A stretch of DNA of 32,000 nucleotides. Origin: Nonlabens ponticola (GTDB lineage Bacteria > Bacteroidota > Bacteroidia > Flavobacteriales > Flavobacteriaceae). The position numbers and the translations under genes were made by a program. Shown in pieces: positions 1-8,605 of the stretch. Position 1 is the first letter of the stretch; the number at the start of each line of letters is the position of its first letter. The notes beneath the pieces were generated by a model. It did no database searches, was not told where the DNA came from, and saw nothing but the letters and a program-made list of their open reading frames with translations. The stretch lies in NCBI RefSeq assembly GCF_003966335.1, contig NZ_CP034549.1, positions 690,001 through 722,000 on the forward strand. Reading direction: 5' to 3'.

Positions 1-2
1 CG

Positions 3-1220
3 CAACATAAAACCGCTGCAGCGCCTTTACCTATTGCACGAGCAGAAGGTAATTACCTGATCGATCATAACGGCAAGAAACACCTTGATGCTATATCTAG
101 CTGGTACACTTGTAGTTACGGTCATGTAAATCCTGTGCTCACAAATGCTCTTAAAGAACAGGTTGATCAATTACATCACGTGGTTTTTGCAGGAATGACA
201 CATGAACCAGCGGCACGTCTGTCAGAAAAGCTGCTTAATATTCTACCTTATAATCAGTCAAAATTGTTCTTTTCTGAAAATGGCTCGACCAGTGTTGAGA
301 TTGCGATCAAGATGGCGTTTCAATATCATTTTAATCGTGGTGAGAAACGCAATGTTGTTTTAGCCTTAGAAAATGGTTTTCACGGCGATACGTTTGGTGC
401 GATGAGTGCCTCTGGATTGTCGGTTTATAATGGACCTTTTGAGGATTTGCTTATTAAAGTTGAGCGCATTCCAGCACCAACTTCTAACAATATTGAAGAG
501 GTTCTGGAAGAAGCAGCAAGAATTTTTGAAGAGCATCAGGTTTCCAGTTTCATTTATGAACCGCTGGTACAAGGCGCTGCCGCGATGCAGTTAAACGATC
601 CGCAGGCTTTGTGCAGATTGTTGAGATTGTGTCAAGAATATGGAGTGGTTACCATTGCCGATGAGGTGATGACCGGATTTGGTAAAACAGGAACTTATTT
701 TGCCAGTGATCACGTGCTCAACAAACCAGACATTATGTGCTTATCCAAGGCATTGACTGGTGGCATTATGCCCATGGCAATTACTAGTTGCTCGCAAGAG
801 ATTTATGATGCTTTTCTAGACGATGATACCAGTCGTGGATTTTTTCATGGTCACACCTATTCTGGGAATCCGTTGGGATGCGCAGTCGCAGCCGCTGCGA
901 TTGATTTATTGACTAGCGATGAGATCCAGCACCAACTCAAAGCTATAGTCAAGGCTCACCAGCTTTTTAAGTCAAGACTGTTGGAGCATGATCAAGTTGA
1001 ATCAGTACGTACCTGCGGTGTGATTCTCGCCTTTGATCTTGTTGGTGAAATATCGCGCTATGGCGATGAGCGCAATGCGATATTTCAATGGTTTTGGAAT
1101 AAGGAGATCTTCTTGAGACCGTTGGGAAGAACTATATACATCGTACCACCATTTACTACCACTGCGGTAGAGTTGCAGCAAGTGTATGAAGTGATGATAG
1201 AGTTTCTGGATCAGCGGTAA
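3..1220 (+). CDS. bioA: adenosylmethionine-8-amino-7-oxononanoate aminotransferase (BioA), 5'-truncated by the window edge
   Basis: Frame 3 is open from base 3 (..AEGNYLIDHNGKKHLDAISSWYTCSYGH..), so the M listed at 135 is internal. Class-III aminotransferase motifs ADEVMTGFGKTG and the PLP-lysine context MCLSKALTGG are present. The gene is clustered with bioB. Confidence 0.9.
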   Translation, partial: QHKTAAAPLPIARAEGNYLIDHNGKKHLDAISSWYTCSYGHVNPVLTNALKEQVDQLHHVVFAGMTHEPAARLSEKLLNILPYNQSKLFFSENGSTSVEIAIKMAFQYHFNRGEKRNVVLALENGFHGDTFGAMSASGLSVYNGPFEDLLIKVERIPAPTSNNIEEVLEEAARIFEEHQVSSFIYEPLVQGAAAMQLNDPQALCRLLRLCQEYGVVTIADEVMTGFGKTGTYFASDHVLNKPDIMCLSKALTGGIMPMAITSCSQEIYDAFLDDDTSRGFFHGHTYSGNPLGCAVAAAAIDLLTSDEIQHQLKAIVKAHQLFKSRLLEHDQVESVRTCGVILAFDLVGEISRYGDERNAIFQWFWNKEIFLRPLGRTIYIVPPFTTTAVELQQVYEVMIEFLDQR

Positions 1221-1276
1221 GTTTTTGATTTGTTGAAGTAAGTTTAGACCCATTTTCCTCATTTTTGCAGGCTCTT

Positions 1277-2413
1277 ATGCTGCTAGAAAATCCTATTTAC
1301 ATTCATGATACGGCGCTGGTTTCACCATTGGGCGATACTGGTTTTGATTCTCATCAAACCAATTTTGCACAGCAAGATGATGTTCTGGTAGGTCGTATCG
1401 ATGATCAATTTAAACAAGAACTTGAGGTGCTTGTCAAAAAACATCCTAAGTATCGCAATCTCGACAGATCTACGTTGCTCGCTATTCTAGCCGCTAGAAA
1501 GTTGCAGATTACTGATGCACAAACGGCGGTAAATATAGGTAGCAGTCGTGGTGCAACGGGAATTTGGGAAGATGCGTATAGTAGCTTTCGCGAAAGCGGA
1601 ACAACACCAACGCAAACCTCACCACTAACAACATTAGGAAATTTAAGTAGCTGGGTTGCACAGGATTTAGGAACTATAGGAACCGCTTTTTCCCACAGTA
1701 TCACGTGCGCCACCGCTTCACACGCAGTGCTTAATGCTATCGCGTGGTTAAACGCAGGAATGGCAACCAGCTTTATCGCCGGTGGTGCAGAGGCGCCGCT
1801 TACTGATTTCACTATTAAACAGATGCAGGCGTTGCGTATCTATTCCCAACAATCTGCCGAGTTTCCTTGCCGTGCCTTGGATCAAAATAAGAATCAAAAC
1901 ATGATGATTCTAGGCGAGGCAGCGGCGTGTTTACTGTTGTCAAAAAAGCCTGTCAAAGGTGGTATCAAAATTATAGGATATGGTACCTCTATTGAGAAGT
2001 TACAATCAGCAACCTCAAGTAGTGCCGAAGGAATAGGATTCCGGCAATCAATGAAAGCCGCGATGGGTGAGTTGCCTAAAGAATCTGTCGATACTATAAT
2101 CACGCACGCGCCCGGAACTATCATGGGCGATAATTCTGAACTTGCTGCGATACGAGCTGTTTACGGCGATAATCATCCTAGATTATGTAATAATAAATGG
2201 CAACTAGGTCACTCGTTAGGTGCCAGTGCCGCGGTAAGCCTGGTTATGGCTGCAAGTATGCTAGATAGAGGTGTTTTTCATTCAATTCCTTATCTTGAAG
2301 AACGAGTGATTAATCCTAGAAACACGAATACTGATCCTAAACAGATTATGGTAAACGCAAGCGGTTTCGGTGGGAATTGCGTGAGCATCTTGCTGGAAAA
2401 AAGCCAACATTAA
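1277..2413 (+). CDS. beta-ketoacyl-ACP synthase (KAS I/II)-like condensing enzyme embedded in the biotin cluster
   Basis: A Cys-His-His triad can be recognised: active-site Cys in SITCATASHAVLNA, then THAPGT and KWQLGHSLGASAA. The first ATG is at 1277; the track start at 1265 is TTG. The gene lies 56 nt after bioA and 62 nt before bioB. Confidence 0.75.
   Translation: MLLENPIYIHDTALVSPLGDTGFDSHQTNFAQQDDVLVGRIDDQFKQELEVLVKKHPKYRNLDRSTLLAILAARKLQITDAQTAVNIGSSRGATGIWEDAYSSFRESGTTPTQTSPLTTLGNLSSWVAQDLGTIGTAFSHSITCATASHAVLNAIAWLNAGMATSFIAGGAEAPLTDFTIKQMQALRIYSQQSAEFPCRALDQNKNQNMMILGEAAACLLLSKKPVKGGIKIIGYGTSIEKLQSATSSSAEGIGFRQSMKAAMGELPKESVDTIITHAPGTIMGDNSELAAIRAVYGDNHPRLCNNKWQLGHSLGASAAVSLVMAASMLDRGVFHSIPYLEERVINPRNTNTDPKQIMVNASGFGGNCVSILLEKSQH
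1584..1597. repeat. iterated palindrome GCTTTCGCGAAAGC, copy 1 (inside the KAS-like CDS, read as S-F-R-E-S)
   Basis: Exact 14-mer. Its right flank GGAACA is identical to that of copy 6, giving 20 nt shared. Confidence 0.95.
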
Positions 2414-2475
2414 ACAACGGCAATAGCTAGATAATCGCATCACTTTTCTATTTTTACCTAACTATACCAACATTT

Positions 2476-3567
2476 ATGCAAACTAGACACGACTGGACTA
2501 AAGAAGAGATACTAGAGATTTACAACAAGCCAATTATGGAGTTGTTGTATGATGCCGCGACCGTGCATCGTGAGTATCACAATCCTAATCAGGTTCAGGT
2601 TTCTACCTTGCTTTCTATCAAGACAGGTGGTTGTCCAGAAGATTGCGGTTACTGCCCACAGGCGGCGCGTTATCACACAGATATTGAAGGGAACGATTTG
2701 ATGAGTGTGCAACAGGTAAAAGCACAAGCGTTGCGCGCAAAATCAAGCGGTAGTTCCAGAGTTTGTATGGGTGCTGCATGGCGTAATGTTAAGGATGGAC
2801 CAGAGTTTGATCAGGTGCTAGAAATGGTACGCACGATCAACAAACTGGACATGGAAGTGTGTTGTACGCTAGGAATGATCACAGAAAATCAAGCGCACAG
2901 ACTTGCCGAGGCTGGACTGTACGCTTACAATCATAACCTTGACAGTAGCGAGGAATATTATAAAGAAGTGATCTCGACTAGAGGTTATCAAGATCGATTA
3001 GACACGATTGACAACGTGCGCAAAACCAATGTCACTGTCTGTAGCGGTGGAATTATAGGAATGGGTGAGAATGTAGAAGATCGCGCTGGCATGCTGGTCG
3101 CGCTGGCTAGTTTGAGTCCTCAACCTGAAAGTACACCTATCAATGCGCTTGTTGCTGTAGAAGGCACACCACTAGAGGAGCAGCAACCAGTTTCTATTTG
3201 GGAAATGATACGCATGGTGGCCACTACTAGAATTGTAATGCCACAGACTCAGGTACGTTTAAGTGCTGGTAGAACGAGTATGAGTAGAGAAGGACAGGCA
3301 ATGTGCTTTTTTGCTGGTGCTAACTCCATATTTGCAGGAGACAAATTGCTTACCACACCTAATCCAGATGTAAATGAGGACATGGAGATGTTCAAGATGT
3401 TAGGACTGGAGCCTATGAAGCCTTTTGTCAAGAAGGCACAACCAGAAACGGTTGAAGAGCAATACAGCAAGTACAAGGATCAAGGCGAGAAGCCACGCTG
3501 GACACGACCTGAACATAAGATCGAGCGCAATGAGCAGGCAAAGGAAGCTGCCAAGGCAAAAGTGTAG
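2476..3567 (+). CDS. bioB: biotin synthase (radical SAM)
   Basis: N-terminus is RHDWTKEEILEIY. The CxxxCxxC cluster motif GGCPEDCGYCPQ is present and the protein has BioB-like length. It carries a charged C-terminal tail of about 45 aa. Confidence 0.95.
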   Translation: MQTRHDWTKEEILEIYNKPIMELLYDAATVHREYHNPNQVQVSTLLSIKTGGCPEDCGYCPQAARYHTDIEGNDLMSVQQVKAQALRAKSSGSSRVCMGAAWRNVKDGPEFDQVLEMVRTINKLDMEVCCTLGMITENQAHRLAEAGLYAYNHNLDSSEEYYKEVISTRGYQDRLDTIDNVRKTNVTVCSGGIIGMGENVEDRAGMLVALASLSPQPESTPINALVAVEGTPLEEQQPVSIWEMIRMVATTRIVMPQTQVRLSAGRTSMSREGQAMCFFAGANSIFAGDKLLTTPNPDVNEDMEMFKMLGLEPMKPFVKKAQPETVEEQYSKYKDQGEKPRWTRPEHKIERNEQAKEAAKAKV

Positions 3568-3610
3568 ATTCAAGATAGGATTTTTTTCTACTTAACGATT
3601 AAACAATGGT

Positions 3611-4483
3611 ATGAGCCAGTTGAACTTAAAAGAAATACCTAGATTCAAGACACTTGCACGAGAAGAGTTTATCAAGAACTACCTCAAGCCGCAAAAGCCT
3701 GTGGTTATTGAGCAATTGACGTCTGACTGGCCAGCTTATGAAAAGTGGAACCTAGAATACATCAACAGTATTGCTGGAGATAAAACAGTACCGTTGTACG
3801 ATGATCGACCAGTAAAACATGATGAGGGCTTTAATCAAGCACATGCAGAAATGAAGATGAGTGAGTACATCGATCTGCTCAAGAAAGGACCCACCAACTT
3901 TAGGATCTTTTTGTATAATATCATGAAAGAGGTGCCTTCTCTTCAAACAGACTTTAAATATCCCGACCTGGGCATGAAGCTGATTAAAGGCTTGCCAATG
4001 ATGTTTTTTGGTGGAACAGACAGTAAAGTGTTCATGCACTATGATATCGATTTCACCAACATCCTGCACTTTCACTTTCATGGTAAAAAGCGCTGCATAA
4101 TTCTAGCACCAGATCAATCTAAGTTTATGTATAAAGTTCCCAATGCACTGATCACGCGTGAGGATATTGACTTTAGCAATCCAGACTTAGAGAAATGGCC
4201 AGCACTAAAACAAGCCCAAGGACATGTATGCGAACTCAACCACGGTGAGATGCTTTACATGCCAGAAGGTTACTGGCACTATATGCATTATTTGACGCCA
4301 GGTTTTTCTATAAGTCTGCGTTCTTATCCTAGAAAGATTAAAAACTTGAGTAAGGCGCTTTACAATATCATGATCATGCGTCATTATGATAATCTCATGA
4401 GACGATTAAAAGGTCAAGATTGGATCGATTATAAAAATGAGCAGGCGATCGAGCGTACGCATAAGAAATTGGGAATTTTTTGA
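3611..4483 (+). CDS. cupin-like / JmjC-domain protein of unknown substrate
   Basis: 290-aa ORF with a cupin_8/JmjC-like core (FMHYDIDFTNILHFHFHGKKRCIILAP ... GEMLYMPEGYWHYMHYL). Confidence 0.65.
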   Translation: MSQLNLKEIPRFKTLAREEFIKNYLKPQKPVVIEQLTSDWPAYEKWNLEYINSIAGDKTVPLYDDRPVKHDEGFNQAHAEMKMSEYIDLLKKGPTNFRIFLYNIMKEVPSLQTDFKYPDLGMKLIKGLPMMFFGGTDSKVFMHYDIDFTNILHFHFHGKKRCIILAPDQSKFMYKVPNALITREDIDFSNPDLEKWPALKQAQGHVCELNHGEMLYMPEGYWHYMHYLTPGFSISLRSYPRKIKNLSKALYNIMIMRHYDNLMRRLKGQDWIDYKNEQAIERTHKKLGIF

Positions 4484-4672
4484 ACTCGAACTCGAATATC
4501 GAAATTGCCTAGGTAATTACTTGAGGCTACAGGCAAAATCCTTTTTCCTTTGAGAAGGATTATGACAACAATGGAACTTGAACTCGAACAAAGAATATCG
4601 ACTTATCTCCCAAGAAAATTTATTCCACATACCACAAAAACCTCATAACTCTGAAGTGCTAACTCATAACTA

Positions 4673-5149
4673 TCACGGCACTAATTCCTTTGCTTTTGCA
4701 TAAACCAGATGAGATTCCCAGCCGCGGTATAGCAGGTAGTCTGCGAGCTTCTTACGGCGTTTGTACTTGTCGGTTTCTGTGAGTTGTTGGTTACGCTTTC
4801 GCGAAAGCTTATCAAAGGTCAACCTATAATCATCATCGGAGATTTCTGCGAGACCTCTATCAATCGTTTTCTTGTTGAGACCACGCGCTTTGAGTTCGCG
4901 GGTAATACGTTGCCGACCCCATTTCTTAATACGGAATTTGCCACGTGCAAATGCCTGTGCATATCTAGTCTCGTTGAGGAAATCATGTTGCAGTAAATGT
5001 GGAATAATTTGATCAATAGCATCGTCAATCATTCCCATCTTCTTAAGCTTGTCATTGACATCTTTATGACATCGCTCCTGATAGGCGCAGTAGCGCTCGA
5101 GCGCTCGGGTTGCGGTTTCTACGGTGTATGATTTTTGAGAGTTTTGCAC
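4673..5149 (-). CDS. recX: regulatory protein RecX
   Basis: 158 aa. RecX-like N-terminus (RALERYCAYQERCHKDVNDKLKKMG) and repeated helical modules, basic overall. Confidence 0.8.
   Translation of the reverse strand: MQNSQKSYTVETATRALERYCAYQERCHKDVNDKLKKMGMIDDAIDQIIPHLLQHDFLNETRYAQAFARGKFRIKKWGRQRITRELKARGLNKKTIDRGLAEISDDDYRLTFDKLSRKRNQQLTETDKYKRRKKLADYLLYRGWESHLVYAKAKELVP
4795..4808. repeat. iterated palindrome copy 2 (inside recX, read on the minus strand as K-L-S-R-K-R)
   Basis: Exact 14-mer. Left flank is TTAC. Confidence 0.95.
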
Positions 5150-5218
5150 AGCACTAAATTAGCGGTTAAAACTTAGATGTACTTGCAAGTACCACCTTCC
5201 TTTTTGAAGAATACCCAT

Positions 5219-5254
5219 AAAAAAAGCGCCTAGCGATCTGGCCGCTAGGCGCTT
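5219..5254 (-). terminator. intrinsic terminator downstream of rng
   Basis: A perfect 12-bp GC-rich stem (AAGCGCCTAGCG at 5224-5235 pairs with CGCTAGGCGCTT at 5243-5254) with a 7-nt loop. An A7 run at 5219-5225 gives the U-tract on the minus strand, 15 nt after the rng stop. Confidence 0.85.
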
Positions 5255-5268
5255 GATGTTGTTGAGAT

Positions 5269-6810
5269 TTATAGTTGTTCACCTTTAATATCAGTAAAAT
5301 GATATTCTAGGTAGGTGTAGGCATCTCTGGGCACTACTTTGATCCACTTTTTGTGTTTCATAAACCACTTTGATCTAACTGATGGATATCCTTTGGTTAT
5401 AAAAGCAGCTACAAAAGGATGCGCGTGCAGCGCTATCTTTTTCTTTCCTGCTTTAAGGTGTCTCTCTAGATCTTCAGTAATTTTTTGAATCACGAGAATA
5501 GGTGCTTGTATCTCACCGCTACCATCACCATCAGGATTTTCTTCCCTTGTCTTGATATTGACTTCTTGTCGTACGCGCTGGCGCGTGATTTGAATCAATC
5601 CAAATTTTGATGGAGGCAGTATTTTATGCTTGGCGCGATCTTCTGACATTTCATCACGCATGTGCTCATAGAGCTTCTTGCGATTTTCTGCCTTGCGCAT
5701 ATCGATAAAATCTACCACGATAATACCACCCATATCTCGCAGCCTGAGTTGACGTGCAATCTCTGAGGCAGCGATCATGTTGGTTTCAAGTGCTGTGCCC
5801 TCTTGGCTGTCTGCCTTGTTAGAACGATTACCAGAGTTCACGTCAATGACGTGCATAGCCTCAGTATGTTCAATAACAAGATAGGCTCCTTTACTCATTG
5901 ATACCGTACGCCCAAAGGATGTCTTTATCTGACGTTCAATGCCGTATTTCTCAAAAATAGGAGTCTTGGGATTATGATACTTTACAATATTCTCTTTGTG
6001 TGGAGCAATGGTTTTTAAGTAGTCTTTGATCTCATTACTTACTTCCTCGTCATCAACGATGATAGAAGTATAGCTGTCGTTAAAGACATCTCTCATAAGT
6101 GAGTTGGTACGACTTACTTCGGTCATGACTTTGGTTGGGTACTTTGCGCGGTTCAATTTACTGCACATGTTTTCCCATCGTGTCATGAGGTTTGTTAGAT
6201 CCTGATCCAGTTCTGCTACTAGTTTACCTTGAGCGACTGTACGTACGATGACGCCAAATCCTTCAGGTTTAATGCTTTTTACAAGTCTTTTAAGTCTGCT
6301 CTTTTCTTCTCTATCCTCGATCTTTTGTGAGATAGAGATACGGTCTGAAAAGGGTACGAGTACCACATATCTTCCAGGTATGGACAGCTCTGCACTTAAG
6401 CGAGGTCCTTTGGTAGAAATAGGTTCTTTTACCACTTGCACGAGTACGGGTTGGTTTGCCGCGACGACATCACTTATAGAGCCGTGTTTCTCGAGTTCTT
6501 TCTCGACCTTGATGTCCTTGAGAGCAAAGTTTTTGCGTCTACCGCCTATAACTTGCTTAGTGAATTTAAGTTGTGTGAGGTATCTAGGTCCTAGATCGTG
6601 ATAGTGTAAAAAACCATCTTTCTCGTATCCTACATCAACAAATGATGCGTTGAGGCCTGAAAGTACCTTGCGTGTTTTAGAAATAAATATATCGCTTACC
6701 GCAAACTTATTTTCATCTTCATCTTTATGTAATTCAACCAGCCTACCACCTTTGGTAAGGGCATAGTCAATCTTTGTAGCACCGGAACGGATAATAATTT
6801 CTTTATCCAT
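5269..6810 (-). CDS. rng: ribonuclease G/E family (Rne/Rng) endoribonuclease
   Basis: 513 aa. N-terminal S1-like segment (VSDIFISKTRKVLSGLNASFVDVGYEKDGFLHYHD), then an RNase E/G catalytic core (VIDVNSG.., GGIIVVDFIDM). Confidence 0.9.
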   Translation of the reverse strand: MDKEIIIRSGATKIDYALTKGGRLVELHKDEDENKFAVSDIFISKTRKVLSGLNASFVDVGYEKDGFLHYHDLGPRYLTQLKFTKQVIGGRRKNFALKDIKVEKELEKHGSISDVVAANQPVLVQVVKEPISTKGPRLSAELSIPGRYVVLVPFSDRISISQKIEDREEKSRLKRLVKSIKPEGFGVIVRTVAQGKLVAELDQDLTNLMTRWENMCSKLNRAKYPTKVMTEVSRTNSLMRDVFNDSYTSIIVDDEEVSNEIKDYLKTIAPHKENIVKYHNPKTPIFEKYGIERQIKTSFGRTVSMSKGAYLVIEHTEAMHVIDVNSGNRSNKADSQEGTALETNMIAASEIARQLRLRDMGGIIVVDFIDMRKAENRKKLYEHMRDEMSEDRAKHKILPPSKFGLIQITRQRVRQEVNIKTREENPDGDGSGEIQAPILVIQKITEDLERHLKAGKKKIALHAHPFVAAFITKGYPSVRSKWFMKHKKWIKVVPRDAYTYLEYHFTDIKGEQL

Positions 6811-6946
6811 GATTCCAATTATTTACTCATACCTACTGGATTCAATAAGTATGATTGTTATACATATAGTCGGGTAAGTTCATATAAAAATGACTTACCA
6901 CTCAAACGAGTTGTCATATGCAACCCTATGTCAAAGAACAAAATAG

Positions 6947-6971
6947 AAAAAGTAGTCCTAGACTACTTTTT
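6947..6971 (-). terminator. hairpin overlapping the stop codon of the 30-aa ORF (possible terminator or attenuator before rng)
   Basis: AGTAGTC (6951-6957) pairs with GACTACT (6961-6967) around a 3-nt loop, flanked by A and T runs. On the minus strand the stem is followed by TTTTCTATTTT. Confidence 0.4.
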
Positions 6972-7055
6972 CTTCTTGTGACGATTAGCGCGACGACGCT
7001 TTTTACGTTTGTGGGTCGCTACCTTATGTCTTTTTCTTTTTTTACCGCTTGGCAT
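6963..7055 (-). CDS. 30-aa Arg/Lys-rich protein, bS22 / AURKAIP1-COX24-like small ribosomal-type protein
   Basis: Not in the supplied ORF track because it is under 60 aa. Hand translation of the minus strand gives ATG..TAG = MPSGKKRKRHKVATHKRKKRRRANRHKKKK*. The start is 12 nt downstream of the HU gene stop. Confidence 0.6.
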   Translation of the reverse strand: MPSGKKRKRHKVATHKRKKRRRANRHKKKK

Positions 7056-7067
7056 ATCTCTTATATT

Positions 7068-7358
7068 TTACTTTACTTTTACGTTTGATTTCACACCTTC
7101 AACAAACACCTTTGCTGGTTTGAATGCTGGAATATTGTGTGCTGGTATTTTAATTGTTGTATTCTTAGAAATGTTGCGTCCTGTCTTTTCAGCTCTCGTT
7201 TTAACGATAAAGCTTCCAAAACCGCGCAGGTAAACGTTCTCTCCAGTTTCTAGAGATCCTTTCACTTCGTCCATAAAAGATTCAACAGCCGCCTGAACTT
7301 CGGTCTTCTCCATTCCCAGTTTGTCTGAAATCTTTGATACGATATCTGCTTTAGTCAT
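7068..7358 (-). CDS. hup: HU-family DNA-binding protein
   Basis: 96 aa with MTKADIVSKISDKLG.., the RGFGSF arm motif and KPAK. Confidence 0.9.
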   Translation of the reverse strand: MTKADIVSKISDKLGMEKTEVQAAVESFMDEVKGSLETGENVYLRGFGSFIVKTRAEKTGRNISKNTTIKIPAHNIPAFKPAKVFVEGVKSNVKVK

Positions 7359-7405
7359 TGTTTACTGTTTAATTTTGTGTTGTTAGGGTATTTGAAACAG
7401 GGCGC

Positions 7406-7413
7406 AAAGATAC
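7406..7413 (-). promoter_or_regulatory. candidate Bacteroidota -7 box (TATCTTTG) for the HU operon
   Basis: The minus strand reads TATCTTTG, which fits TAnnTTTG, 48 nt upstream of the HU ATG. No clear -33 TTTG was found. Confidence 0.35.
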
Positions 7414-7477
7414 GTTATTAACATAAATTCACGATCCCTAATTGATTAAATTTTAAGAAGATATAAATCGCACCTGC

Positions 7478-8539
7478 TTGAAAATCACCACCTTTAATTT
7501 TTCTGACACGATACGATCATGGTACGAGATCCATAAAAGGGACTTGCCGTGGCGTGATACTCGTGATCCATATCCTATCTGGCTTAGTGAGATTATTTTA
7601 CAGCAAACCCGCGTCAATCAAGGGCTACCATACTTTGAGAGGTTTATAGAGGCGTTTCCTACCGTACAGAATCTAGCTGCCGCTAGTCAAGAAGAAGTGC
7701 TCAAATTATGGCAAGGTTTGGGATACTACTCTAGAGCGCGAAACCTACACACCGCAGCGCAACAAATTGCTGATCGCCGAGGAATTTTCCCGGATAATTT
7801 CAAGGGATTACTCGATTTGAAAGGAGTAGGTAGCTATACGGCGGCGGCAATAGCGAGCTTTGCCTATGATGAACCAGTTGCTGTTGTTGACGGTAACGTA
7901 TATCGCGTGCTCTCAAGATATTATGGTATTGATGATCCCATTAATGAGACGATGGGCATAAAGAAATTCCAGAAGCTAGCTAATGAAGTACTGGATCCCA
8001 AACATGCGGCACAGCACAATCAGGCGATAATGGAATTTGGTGCACTGCAGTGCGTGCCGTCCAGTCCAGACTGCAAGGTTTGCCCTTTAATTAATACATG
8101 CAAGGCTTATCAAACGGGTCAGGTAGATCAATTGCCTGTAAAGATCAAAAAAACCAAGGTTCTCAACCTGCATCATCATTATCTGGTCGCCATCACGCCT
8201 AGTGGTAGGACGATCTTGGTGCAACGCCCGCAAACTGGTATCTGGGCTGGATTATATGAATTTCCGTTTATTGAATCTAATGGTGCAATGCTGCCTCAAG
8301 AAATTACAGGACATGATGTTTTTAAAGATGTTTTTGGGCGATTACGCTTTCGCGAAAGCATATACAACCAACAACCTATCCTGCATAAATTGAGTCACCG
8401 TAAGATTCATGCCTACTTCTGGATTATTGAGGTGGACGAGGAATTAGATGATGCGGTTACCGTGAACGAAATGCTCAAGAAACCTGTGCACGTGCTCATG
8501 GAACGATTTATCAAAGCTTACTGGAAACTAAAGAAATAG
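7478..8539 (+). CDS. mutY: A/G-specific adenine DNA glycosylase
   Basis: WYEIHKRDLPWR, HhH-GPD motif LSEIILQQTRV, and the 4Fe-4S ligand pattern C-x6-C-x2-C-x5-C (CVPSSPDCKVCPLINTC), followed by a NUDIX-like C-terminal domain. The start is TTG; no in-frame ATG lies upstream of the conserved N-terminus. Confidence 0.9.
   Translation: MKITTFNFSDTIRSWYEIHKRDLPWRDTRDPYPIWLSEIILQQTRVNQGLPYFERFIEAFPTVQNLAAASQEEVLKLWQGLGYYSRARNLHTAAQQIADRRGIFPDNFKGLLDLKGVGSYTAAAIASFAYDEPVAVVDGNVYRVLSRYYGIDDPINETMGIKKFQKLANEVLDPKHAAQHNQAIMEFGALQCVPSSPDCKVCPLINTCKAYQTGQVDQLPVKIKKTKVLNLHHHYLVAITPSGRTILVQRPQTGIWAGLYEFPFIESNGAMLPQEITGHDVFKDVFGRLRFRESIYNQQPILHKLSHRKIHAYFWIIEVDEELDDAVTVNEMLKKPVHVLMERFIKAYWKLKK
8346..8359. 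repeat. iterated palindrome copy 3 (inside mutY, read as R-F-R-E-S)
   Basis: Exact 14-mer. GATTAC plus the core (8340-8359) is identical over 20 nt to copy 4. Confidence 0.95.
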
Positions 8540-8565
8540 CACGATCAACTCAGGTGGCAATTTTC

Positions 8566-8573
8566 TATATTTG
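8566..8573 (+). promoter_or_regulatory. candidate -7 box (TATATTTG) for ssb
   Basis: Matches TAnnTTTG, 32 nt upstream of the ssb ATG. The -33 element is not evident. Confidence 0.4.
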
Positions 8574-8605
8574 TAGACTTTTTAAACTCCAATACAAGAC
8601 TAATT

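Noticed and set aside
1405-1812. 135-aa minus-strand ORF inside the KAS-like gene, and similar antisense ORFs at 6248-6601, 9168-9605, 14338-14664 and 21250-21588
   Set aside because: All are nested antisense within long ORFs that carry clear family motifs. None has motifs of its own.
3430-3567. A charged C-terminal tail of about 45 aa on BioB
   Set aside because: It is a low-complexity K/E-rich extension, and terminal tails of this kind vary widely. There is nothing to suggest a separate function or a fusion.
4465-4545. Possible programmed frameshift at A-TTT-TTT-GA at the end of the cupin gene
   Set aside because: The +1 frame continues for only 26 codons with no recognisable domain. There is no stimulatory structure in the right place, and the cupin protein looks complete.
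7009-7233. 74-aa plus-strand ORF (F/L-rich) across the HU gene and the 30-aa ORF
   Set aside because: It is antisense to two better-supported genes. Its hydrophobic low-complexity translation is the mirror image of K/R-rich coding sequence.
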